From NCBI GenBank assembly GCA_951406725.2, contig OX597823.1, positions 80,662,001 to 80,726,000 of the forward strand: a stretch of 64,000 bases of DNA, given 5' to 3'. Both the position numbers and the translations under genes were made by a program. Positions 37,935 to 52,439 of the stretch are shown here, piece after piece. Source of the stretch: Octopus vulgaris (Eukaryota). Every line of letters begins with the position of its first letter. The first letter of the stretch is position 1. The notes beneath the pieces were generated by a model, which was not told the origin of the DNA, made no database searches, and saw only the letters and a list, made by a program, of their open reading frames with translations.

Positions 37935-38270
37935 CCCCTTTTACTTGTTTCAGTCATTAGTCTGTGGCCATGCTGGGGTACCGCCTTGAAGATTTTTAGT
38001 TGAACGTATCGCCCCCAGAATTTTTGTGTCCCTTTTACTTGTTGCCGTTATTAGACTGTGGCCATGCTGGGGCACCATCTTGAAGAATTTTTAGACGACT
38101 GTATGGAACCCAGAACTTATTTTAAGCCAGGTCAAAATCACCTCTATGATATATTTCGTTTTTTGTTTGTTTTTTTTCCTTTATACCTGTTAAATCATTA
38201 GACTGCAGTAATGCTGGGGCACCGCTTTGAAGAATTTCTAGTCGAATGTATCAACCCCAGAATTTTTGTT
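37935..38270 (-). repeat. Three tandem copies of the SINE A 3' tail
   Basis: CTTTTACTTGTT...CATGCTGGGG(T/C)ACC..TTGAAGA...CCCAGAA units at about 37938, 38032 and 38178. Confidence 0.75.
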
Positions 38271-38400
38271 AGGTGATTTTCGACCAGCGCTTCAAGTTAA
38301 GTCTAGAAGGTCTCTCCACATGCTAGAAATAACAGTCAAATCTCTTGAATTTTTTTTTACAATTTCACATAAACGAAAATAAAACAAAAACAAAATTTTG

Positions 38401-38816
38401 GGATCTTTTCGGTTTGAACGGCAGTTTTTTCTAGCCGTGTCATATGAAATTGTCACCCATAATTATGACCCTAGAATCGATCTATTGCATTTCAACCTCT
38501 TTTAGGGTTAGGGTTAGGGGTGGGGGAAGGGTATCTTTTTTCTTCACAAATGTAAATGAACCCAATCTGTTTCTTAAACGAGGGACATATTCATACGGCA
38601 CAGAATGCTTTTTAACTCAATAGACGTCATTGATTGGCTGAAATAGCAGAAATTGAAGAAAAAAAAACAGCAAATATCTTACAAACCATAGAATTTTCTC
38701 AATAAAGCCAAGAGAAAAAGATGTTTTATAAACACATTCTACCAGTATACGAAGTTTAAAATGTTTTAGTTACCTAGAAATTATGTTAAAAACTGCCGTT
38801 CAAACCGAAAAGATCT
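38401..38816 (-). mobile_element. MITE family M1, reverse orientation
   Basis: Same TIRs; TSD AAATTTTG; internal TTAGGG repeats. Confidence 0.9.
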
Positions 38817-39102
38817 AAATTTTGTGAGCGGTACGATATAACGAGTAAAGTAGAGAGATTTTTTATTTTTTTAATGCGACTTCAATGTATTTCAGAATGT
38901 GGAGTACAATAAAATAACGAAGCGTCAGACAGCTATTCCGTCCCAGAAAAATACTTCTTCAATATTTGGCAGAGTTCTGATCGAAGTCCACCATTTAACC
39001 CTAAACTACCATTTAATTAGTCATAACTTTTATTATTTTTTGGTATTTTCGCAAATTTTTTGCAAATTTGTATTCTACACACTGTAGAATCTTGCATGAT
39101 TA

Positions 39103-39507
39103 CTCTTTTACTCTTTTACTTGTTTCAGTCATTTGACTGTGGCCATGCTAGAGCACCGCATTTAGTCGAGCAAATCGACCCCAGGACTTATTTTCTGGAA
39201 GCCTATTATTTAATCTATCGGTCTCTTTTGCCGAACCGCTAAGTTACGGGGACGTAAACACACCACCATCGGTTGTCAAGCGATATTGTGAGGGACAAAC
39301 ACAGACACATAAACACATACACACATGCATATATATACTTATATACGACGGGCTTCTTTCAGTTTCCCTCTACCAAATCCACTCACAAGGCTTTGGTCGG
39401 CCCGAGGCTATAGTAGAAGACACTTGCTCAAGGTGCCACTCAGTGGTAATGAACCCGGAACCATGTGGTTGGTAAGCAAGCTATTTACCACACAGCCACT
39501 CCTGCAC
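39103..39507 (-). mobile_element. SINE family A, full length
   Basis: Reverse complement of the 29473-29882 consensus. Confidence 0.9.
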
Positions 39508-41147
39508 CTGATTGTGCAAAAATATTTAAAACATGTTTTTCATCCCTTCCTCAAATCCTAAAATTTTTCGGGAAAGAGTTGTTTGGTTGGTGAGAGGGGG
39601 TTCTACAATGAAGATATGTTATGAAGAGTTCGTTTTGATTTAGGGGCATGTTAGAGAAACGGCGTCTGTAGTAGTAATAACTGATGTTTCACTGCCACTG
39701 GATTCAATAAATTGAAACCAACAGCAATGGGGAATGTACAAAAACTAACTGGATTATCTTGATTTATACTGTCTTATTTTCTTCCAATTCTACTTTAATA
39801 AGTTAACAAAATGATGCCATTGAAAAAATGATATGTAAACTAGCTTAAGGTAACCTGCTCTACGCGCGGGTGAGGGTGTGGTTGTTACTTTCTGTTGATT
39901 CCTTTCTGTTTCTTATCGCCTCTCCTTTCTCTCTCACTTTCCCACTCTCTTACTCTTCCTTTCTCTCGGACTCTCCCTCGCTTTCTCTTACTCTCTATAT
40001 TTCTCTATCTCTCTCTCTCCCATTTATAAAAAAACAAAAGATCTTGATTAAGTTGAGAAAGAAAATATTTTGAAAGATCAGACAGTAACAACGGAAAGCA
40101 CACTTGCCTTTTGTACGTGCCACTATTTGAGCGATTAAAAATAAGGAAAAAAAGGGTTTCTTTGTTAAATTTAGTACTTATTTTGGGAATTTTTCGACGA
40201 TTGGCCATGCAAACGAAAGCTCTAAACACAGGCTACATGCAGCTGTAAATTTTTTTCAGAAAAAATGGAAACTATAAACAATCAAAAATAAAGGGCAAAA
40301 ATACGTAAAAATGAGAAATTTTTTCAACTTCAAAAATCTTGCCTTAATTTTCAAAATTTCGAACCCATTTTCCGCACTTAAATTACAAATCCGCTTCCAC
40401 TTTACCATGTTGAAAATTTGATTGAAATCGGGCAAAAGGTGTCCAATCTAGACCCCCTAGTGTCCCCAAAAATCAATAAAATCCCTGTTTTCACAGCAAA
40501 GCAATCACTGTAGCACCCCAAAAGTCTCCCAATCAATTTCTCAGCTCAAGTTACCCCCTCCTGTAAATTCTAATCCTCTTCCAGCCCCTTTTAGATCCCT
40601 TTTTACATAAAAAATCCAATTTGTATCAACGTTCGCCTTCTTCATTCTATAGATTAGAAAAAGAAATCTATAATAATATCCTACTTCTTTACATTAACCT
40701 TTTCGTTTTGGTCATTCAGGGAAGTCAAGTTCCTTTTATGCCATTCACCATTTTTGTTGGTTTCATTTTCATTTATATTTTACCCAATATGACGGCAAAA
40801 CAAAAGATCGCCTTAATTTTTTGAATATAATCTATGATTTTGTTTTCTATTAATATATTTCGATTTTTAAAAAATATTTCAAAATATCTCTGTCTTTAAT
40901 TTTTTGATGTACTACAGTTTGTTATTACTGTTATTTTCGTGTTGTTTTTTTAAAAAAGGAAGTATAGTTTTATCTGATTTTGCTTACCATATCATTTCCA
41001 CTTTTGCAAAACTTCCACAGATAACCGTGGTTTAGAACCTGTCACTGTTGCTAGAGCTATCCTGAGACTTTCTCTTCTAGTTTTGCTAATTGTTCTTTCA
41101 GATTGTTTATGCCCACCAATTTTTAACTATCTCTGCCAAACATTAGT

Positions 41148-41500
41148 TATAATAATAATAATAATGAAATTATTGTATACAGTGCTCAGGTGCCCACAAC
41201 TTGTCAGAAAGTGCATATAAAGTACATGCAGTAATGTAGAAATGTCTGGAAAGCGAACAATGTATGAGTCAGATACATGCTTGTGTGTGTATGGAGGGGA
41301 GAAGATCAGGTGTAGTGTTGGCGAATCTCAGGAAGCATGGAAGTTTTGAAGGATGCAGTGCTCCGACAACTAACAACTGATGCCGGCAGTTTGTTCCATG
41401 CTTCAGCAACTCTCAGCGTGAAAAAATGTTTCCTGAAGTCATGGGAGCTGTGCTGTTTTCTTACTTTGTAAATATGTCCACGGGTGTTAGATGGGTGGAG
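41148..41500 (-). mobile_element. 3' end of a CR1-like LINE
   Basis: NTRGHIYK...RKHFFTLRVAEAWNKLPASVV...SFK (CR1 ORF2 C-terminal pattern), then a 3' UTR and (TTA)n tail. Confidence 0.8.
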
Positions 41501-41595
41501 CTGTCTACTACCATAAGTACCTGACCATAAATAGATGAATGTATAAAAAAATGAAAAAAAAAATTGAAATAAATAAATAAGCTCAAGGGTCATAA

Positions 41596-42099
41596 GGTAC
41601 TATTTAAGAAGAGTGGTCCCGGTGCGCGCACTCGCGTACTCGCGCATCCGCGTTAGCTAGTCGTGACTAGTCGATCCTACAACAACTACCTATCCTATAA
41701 CAAATGTTCATACAAATTCGGTTGGAAGTTATTAGAACGTAAAACGACGTTTTAAGACTATGAGGAGGGGTGCCAAAACCAGGTAGTGTGTTATTTTTAT
41801 TTAATTTGTTTAAAAAATTTTTATTTACGTTGTTTAGAAAAAAAAATTTATTTACTTTGTTTAAAAAAAATTATTTTCTTTGTGCAAAAAATTATTTTTG
41901 TTTAAAAAAAAACCCCATCTAAGTTATGATGGGGGTACCAAACGTTTATCTAATAACTTCTAATAACTTTAAACCGAATTTGTATGAACATTTGTTATAG
42001 GATAGGTAGTCGTTGTAGGATCGACTAGTCACGACTAGCTAGCGCAGAGGCGCGAGTACGCGAGTGTGCGCACCGGGACCACTCTTCTTAAATAGTACC
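41596..42099. mobile_element. MITE with ~127-bp TIRs
   Basis: GGTACTATTTAAGAAGAGTGGTCCCGGTGCGC...AAATTCGGTT mirrored at 41972-42099; imperfect TSD GGGTCATAA/GGACCATAA. Confidence 0.85.
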
Positions 42100-42415
42100 G
42101 GACCATAACTAACAGCAAGTCATCTTAATTGCAATCCAAGATACAGTCCTTCGAGGAAGAGTACCACCTTCAAACCATGTGCCTTTCCTCACCGACACAG
42201 ACTCCATGCATTTTCGGCTTGAGCATCGTCAGTCCATAGTTTTCTTTTCAGTTTGTCAACACGTACTTTCCCGCAGATAAAGGTGTTCTCGGTTGCTTGT
42301 TACTTATGTAAACAGGCATGAATGCGTCTGTGACTTACGATTGGCTAAAATTACCAAAATTTTCAAACTTTAATTGCTAATAACTCTTGTATGTACGTAT
42401 GTATGTACATGATTT

Positions 42416-42857
42416 GGATCTTTTCGGTTTGAACGGCATTTTTTAACATAATTTCTAGGTAACTAAAAAATTTTAAACTTCGTATACTGGTAGAATGTGT
42501 TTATAAAACATCTTTTTCTCTTGGCTTTATTGAGAAAATTCTATAGTTTGTAAGATATTTGCTGTTTTTTTTCTTCAATTTCTGCAATTTCAACCAATCA
42601 TATACGTCCATTGAGTTAAAAAAAAACATTCTGTGCCGTATGAATATGTCCCTCGTTTAAGAAACAGATTGGGTTTATTTACATTTGTGAATAAAAAAAG
42701 ATACCCTTCTCCCCACCCGTAACCCTAACCCTAACCCTAACCCTAACTCTAACCCTAAAACATGGAAATACAAAAGATCGATAATAGGGTAATAATTATG
42801 GGTGACAATTTCATATGACACCGCTAGAAAAAACTGCCGTTCAAACCGAAAAGATCC
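42416..42857 (+). mobile_element. MITE family M1
   Basis: TSD CATGATTT; longest internal (CCCTAA)n tract of the family at about 42720-42758. Confidence 0.9.
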
Positions 42858-45222
42858 CATGATTTACAGGGAAAATGATTTTCACATCATTCATTAGCCA
42901 ATAAAAGTGTATCATTACACTGAATATGAAATTAATTCGAACAGAATTGATGCTGGCAGCCAAATCGACTAGATCCATGACAGCTAAATCTCCCTCAAAT
43001 CATACACCGCCTTCCTAGAAAAAGTACAACGGTTAATGCGATCCTATTTGCACTATAATTCTGATATAAAAATAAATAAATAAAACGAGACAGGATTGCT
43101 ACAGCTGGAATGCTTTTGATCGTCTGTCTACTCGGCCAGGACTGAACTGGCTCTAAACAATAAGATTAATGATTAAAAATAACACAGTTTCATCCATTTT
43201 CTTTCCCCCACCTTCCATCCTTTTTCCTATTTGCTCAGTTTCTCTCTTCTCTTTCTCTCTATCTCATTCCTACTTCCTTTCTTTGTCTTCTTTCCTTTTG
43301 GTCTGTTTTTCTTTACTTCTGTAAACAAATGTTGGTGGCAGAAAGTGAGAGAGAGAGAGAGAGGGGGTAGATAAGGCTAATAAGACAAGGAAGGAGAGAT
43401 TCTGTGTGTGTATGTGTGTGAGAGAGTGAGTTTGTGAATGCAGAAGTATGAGTGAGTCAGTGTGACAACAAACAGAAACGAAAGTAAACATTAACATTAA
43501 CAAAACAAGAATGACAGGGAGTGGACAAACCTTTCCTCTCGTTTTTAGCAGTATCGTACTTAAAAACGATTTAGCTTCAAGTAAAACGCCTAAGCAGCGT
43601 ACGTTCTTTACACAAAGAAAACGATTTGTATTAATCGTTCTGAGTCTTTGGCAACCATTGAGTGAACCAAGTTCCGTTGACGAGGTCCAATAAGTGTAAA
43701 CATGGCTGGAGTCGTTGCCCATGTAGCCAAAGCTCAAGTACACTTCCTACCATATGAATATCTCTATTTGATTTTATGGAGGGTGGGGTAACACATCCCA
43801 GCCGAGCTGCAGCAATTTTTGTTTGGTTCCCAAAGCATCAAGTGCCGAAAATGAACTTCCATTTTAAAGGGTTACAGAATTAACACAGGTTATAGGAACA
43901 TAAAAATTCTTCCACGAAAAGATAGCTTAAACTATGATCTAAATGGAGGTGTAGTCAAATCCTATTTTATGGACTCAACCACGTTCTAAAATAAGTCGAA
44001 AGGTAAGCTACTATAAATCGGCACGAACTTTCCGGGCAACCCAATATTAATTTGTTATATGATATCAAAATTTTCGTTGATCGAAAACTACGGCCAAGAC
44101 GAAAAAGTTTGACACTATTACAAATAAATATTTAAGGTGACAACCTTTGTGTTTCTGAATGGCTATCTTATGTCTTCTATGCTGCAGCCGATTTACTTTG
44201 TAATTATTCACTTAATGCATTATTCCAGTCAATACGTTCTGATACTCTTTCCGAAAGTAACTCTCCATATCTTAATCGTTTTTGTTTTTTTTTACTTTGG
44301 GCCTTCGACTTTTATCTGAAACACAGACATGGCTGTGTGGTTAACAAGTTTGCTTTACATGTACCAGAATTCGGGTTCTATCTCACTGCGCGGTCTTAGG
44401 CAAGTGTATTCTACAAAAACTACGGGCTGACCAATGCCTTGTGAGTAAACTTGGTAGATGGAAACTGAATGAATCTGAACGGAAGCCCGTCATATATGCG
44501 TGTGTACAATTTGGCAGCCGGTGTAAGTTTACTTACGTCCTCATATCTTACCGTTTCAGCAAAAGAAACTGATGAAATAGGTACAAGACTTAAAGCAAAC
44601 AAACAAATACTAAATCCTTCAAGACGATGCCCCAGTATGGTCGCAGTCCATACTGACCTGGGGCTAGATAACAGCCCCAACAATAATCATATAAATAGAA
44701 ACATTATTATTTCTAAACCTCTCAAAAAGAGATATTCAGCAACAGTACATTAAAGTAAAGGCTATTTGCCAACACAATGTGGCAGTCGTGAATGGGACGA
44801 ATGTTATTGTTGTTTAGTCCTAGGAAACGTCGTTTCCAGCTGGCTATACGACACAATATCTGTGTCCTTATATTTTCAAACAGGGGAGCTCAGCACCCCC
44901 ATCCAGAACAAAGCAACATATCATTTATTTTCTAATTATCCTCTTTGTAATACACTAATTCATTCTACAGATTCCGATGCTATTTCCAAAGGTAATTTTC
45001 CATATCTTAATCGCAATCTGTTTTCTACCTTTGGATTTTATTATACTTTGTATAGTTAACAAAAGACACACGAATTAAATCGTGTTTTTAATCAATTATA
45101 GATTTACATCTAGAGCAGATGGCTTTGTATGAATTTAGGTGCTTTTGAAAAACACATGCTTCATTTTAGACACCAGTAGTTTTCAAAATTTGCCCAAAGA
45201 AGAGGAACAAGAAGCAAAGTGG

Positions 45223-45314
<92 letters not shown>

Positions 45315-45600
45315 CTTTAATCTTTTACCTGTTTCAGTCATTAGATTGCGGCTATGCTGGGGTACCACCTTGAAGAATTTATAGTCGAATGTAACAACCC
45401 CGGTACATTTTGTAAGCTTGGTACTTATTCTAGCGATCGCCTTTGTCGAACCGCTTGGTTATAGGGACATAAACATACCAAAACCGGTTGTCAAGTGGCG
45501 AAGGGGGGGGGCAAATATATACATACATACATACATACATACATACACACATGCATACATACACACATGCATACACGCATACATACATACATACATACAT

Positions 45601-45633
<33 letters not shown>

Positions 45634-45854
45634 TACATACATACACACACACATACACACATACACATACATACATACTTACATACATACATATGACGGG
45701 ATTCTTTCAGTTTCCGTCTACCAAATCCACTTACGTGGCTTTGGTCGGCCCGAGGCTATAGTAGAAGACATTTGCTCAAGGTGCCATGCAGTGAGACTGA
45801 ACCCGGAACCATGTGGTTGGGAAGCAAGCTGCTTACTACATAGCCACACATGCG

Positions 45855-45858
<4 letters not shown>
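45315..45858 (-). mobile_element. SINE family A with an expanded internal (TACA)n
   Basis: Tail at 45315-45510, microsatellite at 45518-45692, head at 45693-45858. Confidence 0.85.
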
Positions 45859-45913
<55 letters not shown>

Positions 45914-46499
45914 GCCAGCTAAACTTGTACTGTTATTAGTCGTAAGACACCTGCTGTTTTTGTCCTGTTTTTACCATTATTGTTTTTTTGTATTTCATTA
46001 TTATTTTTGTATTTTATATTCGTGTGGCATCGTCCGTTTTTCTGTCCCTGTTTCGTATACATTCGATCCTTCTTCCAAGAAATCTAATGCTCGTAGCTTA
46101 GGTTTTCTAATGCTCGTAGCTTAGTTTTTCCTTGGGTCTGGCCGGATCGGAGCGATCTCAAGATTAATCAGCCGAAATTGCTACGATGATCTGGTTCTTG
46201 ACTGAAGATTGAGGGCTTCGAATGTCCCGTCCGTGTTTTTTGTATCGTCTTCTAAGTGTTTTACGTTCTTGTCCCAGTTTGTATTTTTCTACATATAATA
46301 TATATATATATATACTATATATATACTCATGTACACAGTAGAACCTTGCAGTACGAATGCACCATTGTACGAGCCGAGTCTCATGCGAATTTTTGTCTTG
46401 AAGTACGCGCGGAAATCCGCAGTACGAGCTCACAAATCGTCCCCTCGTTAAGGTAATTCAGTTAATAAAACCAGTTTACATATTTCTTTTGCATTCTCT

Positions 46500-47430
46500 T
46501 CTTTATAATTGTCATTTTACTTGTAACTACATAACTACACCTTTTCTGTTTAAAAACCCATATAAAATTATTTTTGAGTGGTTTTGTCTTGGTGATTATA
46601 TTAAAGTTTCTGAGAATTGGACGGTAGATAGGTACAGATGGTGGATAACAAAGACGCTTCTCATCTTACTTTCAGAATCTGTGTCTGCATCTTCTCTGGC
46701 AAGTAATTTGCACAGACATATCCAATAACTGATATACGGTTGAGGCACAAAAATAGCACAAGAATTGTCAGCGGTAAAAACACTCAATGAAGCATGAATA
46801 CGAACTACCACTTCATTGGATCTGGTAAATATGTGGCCAGGGACTGTTGCACTCATTTTTTTTCTTGGCTGAAATGTTTATCCCCTTCTCTGTTAGATGT
46901 AATGTCTGGGCACTTCATATTAGAAGTTTCGGACAGACGCATCAGGATCTCACATTTTAAAGAATGTCGTTTATTTGGTTCTAGGTGGAAACTGTATTCG
47001 CTGTAGCGTTGTTTCTCTAAAGAAAACTCTTTAGCCACTCCCCAAACGGACCTCCAGATGCATAGCACTAGTTCTGAATCTCCCACATAACCTCATTGTT
47101 GCTGATGTAACGACCTCTCTGAAAGCTGACTACCTCATCATGTCTAATTTCTTCACTCCTCAGCCTAAATATTCCCAGGTCACTACTTTTGTTGATATAC
47201 TTCTAGACATACTTGATAGATCTGACTGAGTAGTCTTCAAAGTCGAGGCGAGCTTGGGAAATGCGTAAAAGGAAACGTTTTAATGGTTTTACACTCTGGT
47301 CGTCATGATAATTTCTTGTTGCACAGTGCAATGAGAGTGACAGTGTAAGCCTTCATTCCTCGGGTTTATACTCCTTTACAAAGAATACCCATCCTCATCT
47401 GTAGGAATTTCTTGAAGAAGAGACTTGGGA
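46500..47430 (-). pseudogene. Possible highly decayed non-LTR retrotransposon remnant
   Basis: Only weak motifs (IWRSVWG, NSPWP) in broken frames; clade not assignable. Confidence 0.25.
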
Positions 47431-47550
47431 TATCATATATGGGCATCTTCCTACTTTCATGCAAGGAATGTTAAGGTAATAAAATGGGCTATTTTACGCA
47501 TGTACATCTCTCTCGTTCTCCTCACTTTCTATATATGGTATAGTTTGTTG

Positions 47551-47937
47551 TGTGGAGGCGCAATGGCCCAGTGGTTAGGGCAGCGGACTCGCGGTCATAG
47601 GATCGCGGTTTCGATTCCCAGACCGGGCGTTGTGAGTGTTTATTGAGCGAAAACACCTAGAAGTTCCACGAGGCTCCGACAGGGGATGGTGGTGATCCCT
47701 GCTGTACTCTTTCACCACAACTTTCTTTCACTCTTACTTCCTGTTTCTGTTATACCTGTATTTCAAAGGGCCGGCCTTGTCACTCTCTGTGTCACGCTGA
47801 ATATCCCCGAGAACTACGTTAAGGGTACACGTGTCTGTGGAGTGCTCAGCCACTTACACGTTAATTTCACGAGCAGGCTGTTCCGTTGATTCGGATCAAC
47901 CGGAACCCTCGTCGTCGTAACCGACGGAGTGCTTCCA
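47551..47937 (+). mobile_element. tRNA-derived SINE with a long TSD
   Basis: Head GTGGAGGCGCAATGGCCCAGTGGTTAGGGCAGCGGACTC...GGTTTCGATTCC; flanked by ATAGTTTGTTGT on both sides. Confidence 0.85.
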
Positions 47938-48082
47938 TAGTTTGTTGTATAGCATATATATATATCTATACATAAACATATATATATGTACATTCATGAA
48001 TGCTTGCGTTTATGCATATACGCATGTATCTATCTACATATATTTGTAGTTGTTAGTACAGATGTATGCAGATGTATGCGTG

Positions 48083-48125
<43 letters not shown>

Positions 48126-48464
48126 CGGTGAGCTGACAAAATGCTTAGCGGGCATTTCTTCTAGCTCATCGCGTTTTGAGTTCAAATCCCGCTAAGGTCA
48201 ACTTTGCCTTTGACCCCTTCAGGATCGATAAAATAAGTTACTCGTGTGGGGGGGGGGTCAGTGTAAGTGACTTGACCCACCCCCCATTAAATTACTGGCC
48301 GTAAAGCCTTCAACTGAACGAAATGCTTTTATTTCGGTCACTCATACGTCATGAAAATAGAATAACTGGCCTTATTAATCATTGGGCTCGAGAACAAATG
48401 AAAATATATACTTCCATGTTCCATACACGCGCGTGTGCCTGTATACACGTGTGTGTGTATGTAT

Positions 48465-48596
<132 letters not shown>

Positions 48597-48683
48597 CCGA
48601 GTAAGCACATAAATGCGAAATAAGGTGGAAAAAATAGTACTCGAATACCAGAGGTAGAGTAATATGCTTTATTAAAAAGCAGT

Positions 48684-48717
48684 CCGACGAACGGGAACGT
48701 GAAACTCTGAGTAACAG
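48684..48717 (+). ncRNA. Degenerate minimal hammerhead within an inverted-end repeat
   Basis: CCGACGA-ACG-GGAA-CGT-GAAAC-TCTGA-GTA, flanked by inverted repeats at 48660-48682 and 48735-48757. Confidence 0.45.
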
Positions 48718-48777
48718 TTTTTGCGATACTTTTGCTGCTTTTTAATAAAGTATATTATATATATATATATATATCAT

Positions 48778-49180
48778 AGGCGTAGGAGTGGCTGAGTGGT
48801 AAGTAGCTTGCTTATGAACCACACGGTTCCGGGTTCAGTCCCTTTGCGTGGCACCTTGGGCAAGTGTCTTCTACTATAGCCTCGTGAGTGGATTTGGTAG
48901 ACGGAAACTGAAAGAAGCCCGTCGTATTTATGTATATATATATATATATGTGTATGTGTGTGTGTATGTGTTTGTGTGTCTCTGTTTGCCCCCTCAACAT
49001 CGCTTGATAACCGATGCTGGTGTGTTTACGTCCCCGTAACTTAGCGGTTCGGCAAAACTGACCGATAGAATAAGTACTAGGCCTACAAAGAATAAGTCCT
49101 GGGATCGATTTGCTCGATCGACTAAAGGCGGTGCTCCAGCATGGCCACAGTCAAATGACTGAAACAAGTAAAAGAGCAAA
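48778..49180 (+). mobile_element. SINE family A
   Basis: Same consensus as 29473-29882. Confidence 0.9.
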
Positions 49181-49189
49181 GAGCATATA

Positions 49190-49229
<40 letters not shown>

Positions 49230-51335
49230 CGAGGGCAAAGAATACGCACACCCGGTGTTTAGGGTTAAGGGTTAGGGTTAGGGCTACGCCGATAACGGGT
49301 GGTTTGCCTTACCTCCGCCACACACACACGCACAAACACACGCACACATATGTATGTATTATATGTATGTATTATATGTATACACGCACACGCACGCATT
49401 TAACTCATACACGTACATTCACGCTTTATCCTATGGGAAACACACACAGACATTCCGGTCTGGTGACTGCTGACTGCCAGGTAAGCACGATTCATTGCGG
49501 TCGGAGTAGCTAACCTATTTACTCGGGCGCATATTTTGACACATGAAATACGGATCACAGTCGCCGCTTGCGTTTTCTCACTAAATCTGTTTCGTTGACA
49601 TTCTCACCTAGCAATTTCTTCCGTTTCAATCGCTCGCTTCTTCGTTGGAAATCACAATGTGATAAATAATGTCCTACCGAACGAAATATAATGTGACTAA
49701 TATCTAGAGGTAAGCCTTGGTTGTTTATATTTACGTATTGTTATGCATGGGCTTTGACAAAGATTTGGCTGCTATTTCTACCGTGTTTAAAGCATCATAC
49801 CGCGGTCTTAAAAAGTTTTACTTTAATTTTTGATATATCTATTGTACATTTACGTTCTATCTTATGTATCTTATAATAATATTATAAAGTATTCATGTTC
49901 TACACTCCGTTGTTAAATAAAATAAATATTATTATTTTTGTTTGGATCAAGGCGACGAGCTGTAGAATCGCTAGCACGTCGGATACAATGCTAAGCGGCA
50001 TTTCGTCCGTCTTTGTGTTTTGAGTTCGAAATCCGCTGAGGTCGACTTTGCCTTTCATCCTTTCGGAACATACCCTCGCTAAGAGGGTCCACTGGACGGT
50101 ACTAACTCCTCACTATCCAAATGGTGGGCCCCCCAGATTTAGAAAATACGGTTTACAAAAATACATTTTACAAAAATTAGTGCTCCCGCAGAATATTCTG
50201 AGGCACCGCCAGGTACCAAAGCTGGAGACGGGCCTGTTTCGGGCTCGATGAAATAAGTACCAAGAGATTACTAGGATCGACGTAATTGTCTAGTCCCTAT
50301 AGTAAAAGGATTATTTTCGCTTGGATTTAGTCGGTGAGCTGGCTGAATCGTTAGCATAACGGACAAATTGCTTGGCAGTATTTCCTCCGACTCATAACGT
50401 TCTGAGTTCAATTTCCGCCGCGGTCGACTTTGCCTTTCATCTTTTTCGGGGTCGATGAAATAAATACCAATTTTTCACTGGGATCGATGTAATCGACTGG
50501 CCCCTTCGCCCAAATTTCGGGCTTTGTAACTACGGTAGAAAAGATGAATTTTGCTGCGATGATTTTTGGAAAATTTCTTTTGCGGCGTTGAACTCCCTTG
50601 TTGACCAAGTGGCAGGTATCGGAGGTGGTTTCACATACTAGTGTAGCACATTTAACGGTGGTGCCCCAGCATGGCCGCAGCTTTCGGGTTAAAACATTTT
50701 TAAGGATTTAAGGATTAGGTATAGAAATTTTAATTTGGAATTTGTTTTTTAATTATTTTATTCGTGCTTTCTTGAGAAACTAATCTATTGGGAGATAAAC
50801 TATTCTGCTGTGGATTCCAGAAATATCTAATTACTATTTTCGATTAAGAACATTATCATATTTCCTTTTCAGATTTAGTTTACTAGATTCTTGATGTGAA
50901 CTTGAGAGTTGAAACAGATTTGTTTTGTATCTAGGAGGTTCATTGCTGAGGTCGTGATTGGCGACGAAAGGATTTTGACAAACCATGCTGATTGATTGAT
51001 TGACTACACGATTAATCATATAATCGATTACTTAATTGCTTAAATGGTTAATCAATTGCCGAATAAAGAAGTGGAATAGAACCAGTGCATGTATTTATTA
51101 TTGGCATAATGACCTTCCCAAGATGCAACAAAACATTGTAATATTTAATGAGTGATGCATTTAGTCAAGGAATGCTTTCGTAGTTTTCAAATCGAATTGG
51201 CATCTTGAACGATCAAACGGGGCAGTTCACTTACTGGAGTATCTTATTTGAAGTTTGTAAATAGGCGCAGGCAGAGCCGTGTGCTTACTTGTTATATATA
51301 TGTTTCTTTATTACCCACAAGGGGCTATAACTTGG

Positions 51336-51339
51336 TATA

Positions 51340-51429
<90 letters not shown>

Positions 51430-51627
51430 GTATGTATATATATATATGTATATATTATATATATACATATATATATATATAAACATATATACATATAAAC
51501 ATATATACATATATATATATAAACACATATACATATATATATAAACAAATATACATATATATACACACACACATACACACACATACGTATATATATATAT
51601 ACATATATATACATACATATATATACA

Positions 51628-51677
<50 letters not shown>

Positions 51678-51780
51678 TAAATAAATGGCACAACGAAGCA
51701 CCGATATTTACTGGAAAATAGCGAACGTAATAAATACGACGCTAATGTATAGCTTCACTGCGTATGTACTAGTAAAGATG

Positions 51781-51854
<74 letters not shown>

Positions 51855-51884
51855 TTAGTATATATGTATATGTGTGTGTGTGTG
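51336..51884. repeat. (TA)n-rich compound microsatellite field
   Basis: Directly visible; source of the YIYI ORFs. Confidence 0.95.
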
Positions 51885-52345
51885 TACCGCGTGCGGTACA
51901 TCATTTGCACGATGGGGAGAATATACCGCCACTATTGCCCAAATGACCTGAACATTAGTTTCAAGGTTCATCCAAGGCTGGGACCACGGGCCATATGTCC
52001 GCTGCCCAATTCAGGATCACAACATATAGGTACACTGCGACATAATTTCTTTTCCTTAACAGGCCCTGCCCTGTTTGACATTGTCCCAAAACTGATCAAA
52101 GAGGAAAAGGATCCCATCACCTTTAAACATGTACCGATAGTGATAAAAATCAAACATCCAGTCAACGTCATGGTTTTTGGAGTAATTACTAGTGATGGCG
52201 ACGTTATACCCCCATCCATTTTCCCGCACGACCTCAAGCTCTGCCCCGGGTCAAGAACGTAGCTGCTGGAAGGTCCTATGTCTAGCAACAGGACTCTGCA
52301 CCATGTCACACAAGCAGGGGAACCCAGTCATGGCTATCAGACAAT
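51885..52345 (+). mobile_element. Chimera of a LINE 3' fragment (51885-52126) and a maT-like fragment (52127-52345)
   Basis: First part is an inverted copy of 52580-52822; second part is a direct copy of 54160-54377. Confidence 0.8.
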
Positions 52346-52439
52346 ATATATATATACATAGATATATACATACATATATATATAAAACGTAGATAAAACT
52401 TAGATATGTTTCGACCAAAGATTGGTCCAAACCATGTCT

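Noticed and set aside
37935-38270. CRISPR-like repeat-spacer pattern
   Set aside because: Units are long, diverged SINE tails in eukaryotic DNA with no cas genes.
42720-42758. Telomere or chromosome-fusion relic
   Set aside because: Short CCCTAA tracts are internal to MITE M1 copies.
43270-43743. 157-aa minus-strand ORF
   Set aside because: Runs through GA/GT simple repeats, with no recognisable domain or splice context.
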